In this document: in pieces, positions 30,506-43,200 of the stretch
How positions within the stretch are numbered: the first letter of the stretch is position 1
Layout: the number at the start of each line of letters is the position of its first letter
Assembly (NCBI RefSeq): GCF_030144855.1
Contig: NC_082732.1
Coordinates: 26,412,001-26,476,000, forward strand
Length of the DNA stretch: 64,000 nt
Direction: 5' to 3'
From: Hypanus sabinus
Taxonomy: Eukaryota
Notes under the pieces: generated by a model
Told to the model about the DNA's origin: nothing
Seen by the model: the letters and a program-made list of their open reading frames with translations, nothing else
The model's database searches: none
Made by a program: the position numbers and the translations under genes

Positions 30506-31275
30506 TTAAAGGGTATAAATAAAAATGAACTCTCAGATAGAAACCAATGGGTTGAGAAAAACTGTTGTGCCTCAGAGTGGAACAAGTTAAACAATTCCTA
30601 AGTGGTCAGGACTAAGAGCAATTTTTTCTTAAAAACATGAACAGCATGTATATGTGCAGATAATAACGTCAACCATTCTGAATGGCAAGATTAAAAAGTA
30701 ATGTTTTTATTTTTTTATTATTTTAAAGTAAAAAAATTGCACCAGCCTCACATTTAGATTTTCATTAAAAATTCTTACACTTGGTTCACTCCCTAATAGA
30801 ATAAAACTGCTCTCCTTCAAGGTCCTTCTCTCTCCCCTTGAAAGAAACAGACTTTTTACAAATGAGTAGTTCTTCAGAGAAGCTGACAGGCGTCAGCACT
30901 ATAGTTTCTAAATTGTAGCTTATACATTTGTATGGTATCATAACATTGACATACACCATTCTTGGATAGTCTACTGACCATATCTTGAAAACTAATGTGC
31001 AATCAGTTATTTTCTAACCCTGACTCAGCCATTTAATTTGTAGTCAATTTCACCTCACACTTAATGTAGACAGCACAACACAAGCACATAGTTAAACTAC
31101 AAGCTATCATCACAATACAAAAGTGTTAAAAACCCATCTACAAATTCCATTTCAGGATATGATTCCATATATGTTTCACATTTCACACGTTTTCTTCTGT
31201 GTGCAACAAATTTCAGTGACGAAGAACACCCAGTGCCTTAGGACTTATGTTCCACTTGGTGTTGCAGCCATGGAG

Positions 31276-34200
31276 TCAGGATATTTTTTGAGCTCTCTCT
31301 TCAACATATAATTGCATCTATAAATGAAACAAAAAGCACATGAATCATGTGTCTGCACTGTAAACAGTATCATGTAAAAAGCACACAAAAGCAGTCAGGA
31401 ATCATGTAATTTTCTTAAAATGAAAAACATGATGCACCAATCACAATGAATCACTCTTAGTTCTACAACTCCACATGGGTTCAGATAGTTATAAAACCAA
31501 ATAGATTATCCCAACTATGGAATTTCCTACTAATGGTATATATATTCTGCAACAGGTTTGGATAATTTTTCATTAATTTTGAAGAACTTAGTCCTTTAAA
31601 TGCACAGAAGCTACTATCAAATCAACCACAAATGCAACACAAGATATTTCATGCCAAAATATAAGTGTTACCTTTAAGATATCCGAAGTCATGGTTTTCA
31701 GTGGAATTAGCCTAGGCTCTCGCATATTCACTTCTTGTTCATCTGCATGAATCCATGGGAAATCCTGATTGGAATTAAACAGATCAGTACGGCAGCAAGT
31801 TACAAGGACAACACTCTTATTTTCCATTTGCTGAAAAATGGCTATCCTCTACTTGCAGGAAGGTAGTCAGCCACCTTGAATTGCTCCAGTCTGAAAGCAG
31901 CATGTGGTATACTTGCCTTTATTAGCCCAGGCACTAAGTATAATAGTTGGAAACACCAAATTCCCATTGTACAAAACTTTGGTTAGGTCATACTTGGAGT
32001 GCTGCGTGCAGTTCTGGTTGCCAGGTTATAAGTATGTGATTAAGCCAGATAAGGCTACAGACAAGATTCACAAAGATGCTGCCTGGATTGGTGGGTTTGA
32101 CTTACAAGGAGAGATCAGATAGGCTGGTCTGTTTACTCTGAAACGAACGAATCCTAGAGACATGAGAGGTTCATAAAGTTATGATATAGATCGGATAGAT
32201 AATCAATGTTGATTTCCTGTGGAAGAGGTGTTTAAAACTAAAGGGCAGAGGTACAATGTGAAAAGAAGGCTTAAAGTGGATCTGAGCAGTACATCTTTCA
32301 TATAAAGTGTAACTAGTATCTGCAATGAGCTGGTAGAGGAGGCAGGGTCAGGAACATTATTTAAGAAGAATTTGGACAGGTACTTCAATGAGCCAGGTGT
32401 GTGTATATGCAGGAAAGTGGAATTAGTAGACATGGGCATGATGTTCAGCAATCCCTGTGACTGCTCCTCTCATTAACATGTGTACCACTTTGGATACAGT
32501 TGGGTGGGGGGAGGGGGGAAATTACTTCGCAGAGGAAAGCCACAGCAGTCAGGTCTCCGGCAATGAGTATGGCTCTGTGGTTCAGAAGGGAAGAGGGGAG
32601 AAGGGGCGAGCTGTACTGAGAGGGGTTTCAATGGTTAGCGGAAAAGAAAGGAGGTTCTGTGGACAAGAACAAGATTCCCATTGGGAACGTTATCTCCCGA
32701 GTGCCAGGGTCAGGGACATCTCGGATCGAGTCCACAGCCTTGTTAAGTGGAAGAGGGAGTAGTCAGAGGTTGCGGTCCACATTGGTACCAATGCAATGGG
32801 TAGAAAGGTGATGAGGTCCTGCAAAGTGAGTTCAAGGACCTAGGTGCTACAGACAGGACCTCCAGGGTTGTGATCTCAGGATTGCTCACTGATATGTGGG
32901 AGGCCAAAAGTAGGAACATAATAAAGTTTAACACATGACCGAGGAGATGGTACAGGAAGGACGGCTTCAGATTTTAAGATCATTGGGCTCTCTTCTAGGG
33001 AAGCTGGGACCTGTACAGATGGGACAGTTTGCACCCGAATTGGAGGGTGATTAATATCCTAGTGGGAATGGTTCCTACCAGAATGAAGAAAGTTTTAGGT
33101 GGGAACAAGAGCTATATTTAAAGAGGAGAGAGCAATTACTAAGAGAAAAAAATGGAGATAGATAGTCTAAGCAGAGAGGGCAAGGTCTGAACTCTAAATA
33201 CTCAGTGGCATTTGGAAAATCTCTCCTCCATTGGGTATATATGCAAGAGTAACTGCATACAAGTATCAACAAATTTCATGTTAAGGACACAAGCCATTGT
33301 AAAATCTACCTAAAAAGATTGTTCACCTTTATCACCTGAATCTTCTCCATGTTCCGAGTGGCAACATCTCTGGTATGAACCAGCACAGTGAAGGTACAGC
33401 CTAGAAGTAAACAGCACTATTCAGATCCAGCAGACACAGGAAGCACTACAACACAGCTCTTGAAACTCTCATACTCCTCCGCTTGCATGACTTATTAATC
33501 CTGGCATTGAGTCAGATGCCCTGGAACATACCAGGCTCAATTGCTGGCTCAAGTTAAATCACTCAATCTTCTGGAACAGGTGCAAAAGTTACAAATAAAA
33601 CATCAAAATCAATAGTCCAAAAAGCAGCACAAATGCACTCTCTTGCCTAATCATTTGCTTTCTTTTTTAAACCTTTCAACTAAAAATATTTTAAAATCTG
33701 TCATGATTGCACTCAACTGAAAAACCGTTATCCACTGATATAAACTGCCAAGATTTACAACCCTCTGAGTGAAGATTTCCTCTTCACAGAACTAAAATAG
33801 TGATCCTTTATCCTGAAGCTGTGATTCTTAGTTCTTGGCACTCCAAAGGATCTGAGAGTGATTGCTACATTCCAAAAAACCCCCCAGCTTTTTGCCATGT
33901 ACCTGCCAATCCCACTCAGATCCTTTGTGTTACAATGAGATCATCTCTGTAATTCAGGACTCCAATGGATAAAAATTACTCTGTCAATCCTCAGATGACA
34001 ATCTTCAGAGATCAACTCAGTGAAACCAAATGGATCATTTCCAAGTATAATTTTCTACAGAAATGAAAATAGCAGATTGTACTCCAAATGAGGTCTCAAT
34101 ATAGTCATTGCAGAAGGACATCCCCTTATGTAGACAAACACCTCTCAAAAGTGAATTTGCTGTTGCCTTCCCAACTACTTGATGGGCCTAGGTGTTTCAC

Positions 34201-37200
34201 AATCCAAACACTCTGCTCCATCAAACCAACTAAACACTAACATTTAAACTAGTATCTTACTACTCAGGATGCATTCCTGGGAACAAATGGGATTATTATT
34301 GTATGTTCTCATATGCTGAACTCCACTTTCACTGGCTGAGTGAATGCAAACACCACAGCTACATTCAGCAAGCTGGTAAGTTTTGATGATTGTAGGGATA
34401 TGTTCAGCACAACTTTGTGGGCCGAAGGGCCTGTATTGTGCTGTAGGTTTTCTATGTTTCTATGATTTCTTTTGTATTCCCCCTTCTCCAGTATTTTAGT
34501 AATTTTCTCCCCAGACCAAGAGCATTAAAACAGATCAGCGCTCAGTGGGCCTCTGGATTTCTGGTCTGCCTATGAACATCATAAATTGCAATGCCACCTT
34601 CTCCTGTTCACTTAACCTATCCTTAAGGCTGTATCTGCTTCACAGTTTACTTTCCCATATATATTTAAACTAACACATTATTCTTTCATCTACAACATAA
34701 AATGTATTGTAAATAACCAAAATCCCAGAGTATATTCTTGTAGAACTCTGACAGACTGTTAACATCTTGAAAATCACCCATTTATTCCTCCTCTACATCA
34801 TCCCTTACCAGTCCTCCATTGCTCCAAAACCAGTTAGCCCTTATTTTGTGTTAACAACTTCCACATTGCACCAAATTCAACCATACCCCAGTCATACTCT
34901 TACCCACACCTATCCTAAGCTTACAAGGATTCACTAATCCCAGAATGGTCTGGCAAGGAGAAGGTAAGCCAATACTGAGGCCTTGCCCTCAAACTCCAGT
35001 AGTTTTTGACAGGAGATAGATGGCAGAGCATCAGCTCCTCTCAAAGACTGTAAAGCTCTGTAGGAGTTTCAATACATCTGATGTTCAGAGACTATTAGAA
35101 TACCACAATTACAAAAAGTTTTAAATTTTAAAAGCAATTAAAATACATTCCAGACACAATAAATAGAAACATTTAAACAAAATAAAATAAGAAAATAAAA
35201 TTTTAAATATTCTTCCTCCCTAACCTTCAGGTTGGAAATCCTGATCTCTGACTTGGTGCCACATAATTGCAGAGATGGGTTTCCCAAATCCTCATCAGTT
35301 CTAATGAACAGCCCTAAATCTGAAACATTAACTCTTCCTCTTTTCACTGATGTTTCCAAGCCCACTGAATTTTTCCAGCATTTTGTTTTCATTTCATATT
35401 TCCAGCAGATGCAGTTTTTTCTTAAAGTTTTCCCATCATGTCTGGGTTCCACCACTGAGCTCCATTCAGAGTCCAGTGACAGAAGCGAGAAATGGATTCA
35501 CTGGTATAAGACATGAAGAGCATCTGATGGCTCTGGGCCTGTACTCACTGGAATTCAGAATGATTGTTGGGTAGGGGGGAGATCTCATTGAAATGTATCC
35601 ACTGGTCTTGACAGAGTGGAGAGGATGTTTCCTATGGTAGGGGAGTTTAAGATCAGAGGACATAGCCCTCAGAATACAGGGGCGTCCGTTTAGAACGGAG
35701 ATGATGAGAGAAATTCCTTTAAGCAGAGAGTGGCGAGTCTGTGGAATTCATTATCACAGGTGGCTGTGGAGGCCAAGTCATTGGGTATATTTAAGGCACA
35801 GATTGACAGGTTCTTGATTAGTCAGGGCATGAACAGAAATGGAGAGAAGGCAGGAGATTGTGGCTGAGAGGGAAATGGACCAGCCATTATGAAATGGTGG
35901 AGCAGATTCAATGGGCCAAATAGCCTAATTCTGCTCTTATATCTTGTAGCTGAAGTCACTTAGCCCATCCGAGAAATGAGGTCAAAGATGCACTTAGCCA
36001 TGAGCAAAATAATTAGCCACAACCATGGCCCGTTAAAACAAGGAAATCAAATACCGCTACCTAGACACAACAGTCTCAGATATGATTTGTTAAATAGATA
36101 CTCTTAACAAAACCATGTAATCTCAGTCTACAAATTTCCAATTATCTGTAACCAATTTCTTAATTTCAATATTTTCACAGCAAGCTAACAGGTCTATCGT
36201 TTATCATTTTGTTATTGCTTGACCATTAACAAGCCTCTAGGTGTCGTAGTCAGAAGGAACTTCAGGAAATTTATATCAAAAAGATCACTAGCCAAACGGT
36301 TTAGCTAACACACACTGCATGTCTCTTGGTTTCAATTCTAATTACAGATTCTGGAAAGAAATGGGTGCCCAGGAAACCAAATCCAAGAAAATTAAATGCC
36401 TTCAGGACAGAAATGGGAAAAAATAAATTCCCCATTAAAGAAACTATCTCACTCCGAACATTAGATTCAATCCAGTCAGATTCTCTGTCATCCTAGCTTG
36501 CTATAACAGTGAATGTACAACAAAAGTACAATTAAACATCTACCTGGAGGGTTAGTGTCCAGAATTGCATCACAGACACTGATCTTCAGAATTGAAGCTC
36601 GAAGGAGCTGCTCAACACGGGACAGCAATGAGTCAGAGCTACAAAACAGCAAACAGATCAAGTCACGGAAAAATCCAATTGTGCAATGCAAGTGTCTTTC
36701 AAACCCTGTATTTCCCCTTTTAACCACTTCCTCTAATGGCACAGGCTTTAGATTCTTGATTAATCAGGGCATGAATGGATATAGGGAGAAAGCAGGAGAT
36801 TGGGGCTGAGAGGGAAATGGATCAACCATGATCAAGTAGAAATTACTTGATGGGCCAAATGGACTAATTCTTCTCCTATACCTTATGGTCTAAATCGCTT
36901 AGCCCATCCTAGAAATGTGGTCAAAGATGCGCTAATCCATGAGCAAAACAATCAGCCACAACCAGTATCACATGGCCCATTAAATGCAATGAAATGAAAT
37001 ACTGAGTTATCTAGCCACACAGGAGTTATGCTCAGCCTGGTATGGAGTTCATCCAAGGAGCTGAATGGCCTTTTCTTACTCAGAGACACAAGAGACTATC
37101 AATGCTGGAATCTGGAGCAATAAACAGTCTACTGGAGGAATGCAGCCAGCTGAGCAGCATCTGATGGTTGGCGGAGGGGTGGGGGGAATAAACTGACGAA

Positions 37201-40200
37201 GTTTTGGGTCAAAGATCTGCGTCAGCACTTGTTCTTACTTCTACCGGTCATTTGCACCAATTCAGTTTCCATTTACTTCTATTTCTCACTTCAGACATTC
37301 AGATCCATTTTATTCAATTATTATTTAAGCTACAAAATAAGGAAAGTCAGACAACAAACCCTCAGTAGTTGATCATCAGTCCCACAGTTCACTTGTGTAT
37401 TTGTTCCCAATGCAACAACTCACAGGTGCAATTTTGCCTGCATACTAATGGAAAAAGGGGTTTGCCTCAGACAGAGTACATGAAAAGTTCATGTGGTTGC
37501 AGCTGTATAAAGCAATCACAGAGCTACAGACTGGCAAAATAATAAGAGGGAACATGGAGAAATTTCAGCACAGAAGATAGTCAAGACCTGTGCTCTGGAT
37601 GTATTCATAGAGGATGAATCTGCAAGGTTATGAGGGGCGTGGAGAGGAAAGCAAGGGAGAAGGACCACCTAAGCAGCAGCTGCAAAGAGCTGCCAGAAGT
37701 AGTGTTCAAAATCGCCACCTTCTGTGACTGTCACACCTCACTGGTTTACAAACCTCAGGCAGCACGAAGAAACAGCACACCATTCCATTTCTTCCACACA
37801 ATACACCTTCTGACTCAAATTAAGTTACTTTAGACATGTTTCCCAAGATATTCTTACGGGAAACTATTATTTTACGTTGGAGTAAAGGTACCTTAGAAAT
37901 CAAATTTCACCAGGGAAAAATCTATAACAATTCTAACATAGACATAGAAATAAATCCATTGCACCACTCTTCACAGATCTTGTAATACAAGCAGCAGTAC
38001 CAGAAGACTTTCAAAACATTGTCAATCAAAATATATTCCGGTTTCACCATTGATAAATTGCACCAATTCACTCTCACTTGTTTTATCTTTTTGTATTTCC
38101 TGATTGGGTTGTGCAGAAAGCATGTTAAGGTTATGATATGTAGAAATCTAATTATGTTCCAACCAAATAATTATACAGGTTGTTCTATTTGTAATGTAGA
38201 CTGATTCAGTATTTGGGGAGAATTGTTTTCATTAAGTGTTATGAGCTTCATATTAAGATTAACAGTTTAGTCGCATGCAGTAGTAGTACAGGAATGCAAA
38301 ATACTGAATACAGAATACTGAATATGTTTCACCTGACAGACAGCAGAGGAGGTTGAGATATCTCGAAGACAAAGCGTTCCACAGGATGATGCTCTTTATC
38401 CAGGATCACCACCACCACCCGATCCACCTCATTCTAAAGACAGGACAAAACAGTGCAGGTCGCAACACATTAAATGCTTATCTCAACCAAGCAATCATCC
38501 ATGTATTTAAGACAAAACTCAAAAGATATTGGGGAGAGGAGTGATATGTTCTTCCAAATTACAGTTTCTGCAAATACACTGGTGCACTTTTAACAGAATA
38601 ACAGGGAAAAAAACTGAGTTGCATTGACCTTTTACATAATTGTTCTGAGGTAGCCAGGTTACACTAATTAACCATCCCTAAATAAGATGTCGAGTGGTGA
38701 ATCTCCTAGAACTTTTGCTCTCCATACAAAGTTATTTCCAAATGGCAGTAGGAAAAAACTCTAAAACTTGAATGGAGCATTGGATGTCCAAATTTCACAT
38801 GATGTGCTTGGTGCTCCAAAATATTAGTTTTTCTTCAGGGGGGAGAGGCACACTGTGGTGATAGGGGATTTCGCTAGTTAGGGGAATGGACAGGAGATTC
38901 TGTGGGTGAGAACGAGATTCGCGGATGGTATGTTGCCTTCCGGGTGCCAGGGTCCGGGATATCTTAGATCGAGTCCTCAGCATTCTTAAGTGGGAGGGTG
39001 AACAACCGGAAGTCGTAGTCCATATAGGTACCAGTGACATGAGTAGTACGAGTGACAAGGTTCTGCGTTGGGAGTTCTGGGAGTTAGGTGCTAAGTTAAA
39101 GGGCAGGACCTCCAGGGTTGTGATCTCAGGATTGATAAATATGCCACCTGCTAGCGAGGCCAGAACTAGGAAGATTATACAGTTTAATATGTGACAAAGG
39201 AGTTGGTGTAGGAGGGAGGGCATAAAAGTTTTGGAATGTTGAGCTTTCTTCCAGGAAAGGTGGGACCTGCACAGAAAGAATAGTTTGCACCTGAACTGCA
39301 GGGGGACTAATATCTTAGCAGGAAGGTTTGTTAATGCTGCACAGTAGGGTTTAAACTAGCGTTGCAGGGGGATGGGAACCAGAGTTCTAGTACAGTTAAT
39401 GGAGAGGTTGTGGAGGCAGATGTTGGTAAAACCTCAGACAAAGTTAGGAATCAAAAGATTGAACATGGTGCGACTAGTGTTCTGAGCTATGTATATTTCA
39501 ATACAAGAAGTATCATACTAGTGCTGAAGATGAGGTAGCTGGTTTACAAACAGAGGCAATGTGTAGTGAGGAGAGGCTATTGATAGGGCAAAATTGCAGT
39601 CAACAGGATGAGTTGCAATGTAAATGGCAGACAAAATCAAAAAGAATGAATACAGGAAAGAACGTGTTATACATGAATGAGCACAGTATATGTAATAAGG
39701 TAGTTGAACTTGCAGCACAGTTGCAGATTGGCAGGTATGATGTTGTAGGCATCATTGAATCATGGCTGAAAGAAGGTTGTAGCTGGGAGTTTAATATCCA
39801 AGAATACACATTGTATTGAAGACAGAGGGTATGGCAATACCCTGTTGGTAAAAAGTGAAATCATTAGAAAGAGGTGACATAGGGTTGGAAAGTGTTGAAT
39901 CATAGTAAATAGAGCTAAGGAACAGCAAGGGTAAGAAGACCCTGATGGGAGTTATATGCAGATCCCCAAATAGTAGTAAGGATGTGGCCTATAAATTACA
40001 ACGGGAGATAGAAAATGCACAGCAAAAGGGCAATGTTCCAATAGTCTTGGGGGATTTCAATATGCAGGAAGACTGGGAAAATTGGGTTGGTGCTGGATTC
40101 CAGGAGGGGGAATTTCTAGAGTGCCTACAAAATGGCTTTTCAGAGCAGCTCATGGTTGAGCCCATTAGGGGATCAGCTATTCTGGTTAGGGTGATGTACA

Positions 40201-43200
40201 ATGACCCAGATTTGATTAGAGAGCTTAAGACAAAAGAACCCTTAGGGGTAAATGATCGAATTCACCCTTAAATCTGAGAAGGAGAAGCTCAAGTCAGATG
40301 TGTCAGTATTACAATGGAATAAAGGGAATTACAGAGACAGGAGAGAGGAGTTGGTCAGAAATGGTTGGAAAAGAGCACTGGCAGGGATGATGACAGCACA
40401 GCAATGGCAGGAATTTCTGGAAGCAACTCAGAAGGCACAGGATATATACATCCCAAAAAGGAAGAAGTATTCTAAAGGAAAGATGTCACAACCGTGGCTA
40501 ACAAGAGAAGTCAAAGCTGACATAAAAGCCAAAGAGAGCTCATATAATAGAGCAAAAAATAGTGGGAGGATTGGAAAGCATTTAAAAACCAACAGCAGAC
40601 ATGTCATTAAAAAGGTAAAAGCAAAAGTAAGCTAGCCAATACTGTTAAAGAGGATACCAAAAGTTACTTCAGATACATAAAGTTTAAAAGAGAGACAAGA
40701 GTGGATATCGGACCACTGGGAATCAAAGCTGGATTGATAGTAAAAAAAAACACAAGATGCTGGAAGAACTCAGCAGGCCAGACAGCATCTATGGGAGGAG
40801 GTAGTGATGATGTTTCGGGCCGAAACCCTTCATCAAGAGTGAAATAACATGGGATGGTCGAGGGGGGGATAAGAAGTGGGGGGAGGGATAAAGTAGAGAG
40901 CTGGGAAGTGATAGGCTGGAGGGAAATGGGCTGGGGAAGGGGAGAATTATGGGAAATAAAAGAGAAAGAAAGGTAGGGCTGGGGGGAGATTATAGTGAGG
41001 GGGAAAAAAAGAGAGAGAAAGAGAGACAGACTAAAATAATAGATAGGGATGGGGGTGGGGAGCAGGGGTATCAACGGAGGTCTGTGAGTTGAATGTTCAT
41101 GCCGGCAGGTAGGAGGCTACCTAGGCGGGAGATAAGGTATTGCTCCATCGACCTGCGTGTGGCCTCATCTTGACGGTAGAGGAGGCCATGGACAGACATG
41201 TCGGAGTGGGAGTGGTCTGTGGAATTGAAGTGTGTGGCCACAGAGAGATCCCGCCAATGCTGGAGGACTGAGCACCAGAGTTCGGCGAAACAGTCTCCCA
41301 GTCTGCCGCGGGTCTCCCCAATGTATAAATGGCCAAATCGGGAGCACCGGATACAGTATATCACCCCAGGTGAAGTGGTGCCTCACCTGAAAGGACTGTC
41401 TGGGGCCTAGGATAGTGGTGAGGGAAGAAGTGTGGGGGCAGGTATTGCAGGGATGAGTGCCCAGAGGGAGGTTGGTGGGGAGGGATGGGGGGGGATGAAT
41501 GGACAAGGGAGTCGCGTAGGGAGCGATCCCTGTGGAAAGCCGAGAGTGGGGGGGAGGGGAAGATGTGGCTGGTGGTGGGATCACGTAGGAGGTGGCGGAA
41601 GTTACGGAGGATTATACGTTGGATCTGTAGGCTGGTAGGGTGATAGGTGAGGACCAGGTGGACCCTATCCCTGGTGGGCTGGTGGGGGGATGGGGTGAGG
41701 GCAGAGGTGCGTGAAATACGGGAGACGCAATGGAGGGCAGAGTTGACAGTGGACGAAGGGAAGCCCCTTTCTTTAAAAAAGGAAGACATCTCCTTTGTCC
41801 TAGAATGAAAGGGCTCATCCTGAGAGCAGATGTGGTGGAGGTGGAGGAATTGAGAGAAAGGGATAGCATTTTTGCAGGAGACAGGGTGGGAGGAGGAATA
41901 GTTTAGGTAGCTGTGGGAGATAGTAGGTTTGTAGTAGATGTTGGTGGATAGGCTGTCTCCAGAGATAGAAACAGAGAGATCTAGAAAGGGGAGGGAGGTG
42001 TCAGAAATAGACCAGGTGAACTTGAGGGCGGGATGAAAGTTGGAGGCGAAGTTAATGAAGTTGACGAGCTCAGCATGTGTGCAGGAAGCAGCGCCGATGC
42101 AGTCGTCGATATAACGATGTCACCAACGATGTCGATGGAGCAATACCTTATCTCCTGCCGGCAGGAACATCCAACTCACAGACCTCCGTTGATACCCCTG
42201 CCAACCCCTCACCCCCATCCCTATCTATTATTTTAGTCTGGTTCTCTTTCTCTCTCTCCCCCCCCCCACTATAATCTCCACCCAGCCCTACCTTTCTTTC
42301 TCTTTTATTGCCCATAATTCTCCCCTTCCCCCTAGCCTATTTCCCTCCAGCCTATCACTTCCTAGCTCTCTACTTTATCCCTCCCCCCACTTCTTATCCC
42401 CTCTCGACCATCCCATGTTACTTCACTCCTGATGAAGGGTTTTGGCCCGATATGTCATCACTACCTCCTCCCATAGATGCTGTCTTGCCCGGCTGAGTTC
42501 TGCCAGCATCTTGTGTTTTTTAAAATTTATTTCCAGCATCTGCAGATTCACTCATGTTGCTGGACTGGTAGTAATAGGGACCAAGAAAATGGCAAACAAA
42601 CTGAATAAATATTTTGCATCAGTCTTCACTGTGCAAGACCCTGGTAGTATGGTGGAAGTTCTAGGTGTCAGGGGCCATGAAGTGTGTGAAGTTACCATAA
42701 CTAGAGAGAAAGTTCTTGGGAAACTGAAAGGTCTGAAGTTAGACAAGTCACCTGGACCAGAAAGGCTTTGTCAAGGTGCCACACGCAAGGCTGATTAACA
42801 AGCTCTGAGCCCATGATATTACAGGAAATATTCTAGCATGGGTAAAACATTGGCTGATTGGCAGGAGGCAAAAAGTGGGAGTAAAGGGAGCCTTTTCTGG
42901 TTCGCTGCTGGTGACTAGTGGTGTTCCACAGGGTCTGTGTTGGGATCAATTCTTCTTATGTTAAATGTCATTGATTTGGATGGCTTTGTTGCAAAGTTTG
43001 CAGATGATATGAAGGTAGGTGGAGGGGCAGGAAGTTTTGAGGAAGTAGAGAGGCTACAGGAGAACTTAGACATATTAGGAGATGGGCAAAGAAATGGCAG
43101 ATGGAATATGGTGTCAGGACATGTATGGTCATGCACTTTGGTAGAAGAAATGAGAGGAGAGTGAGAAAACACAAAAAACTGAGGCACAAAGGTATTTGGG

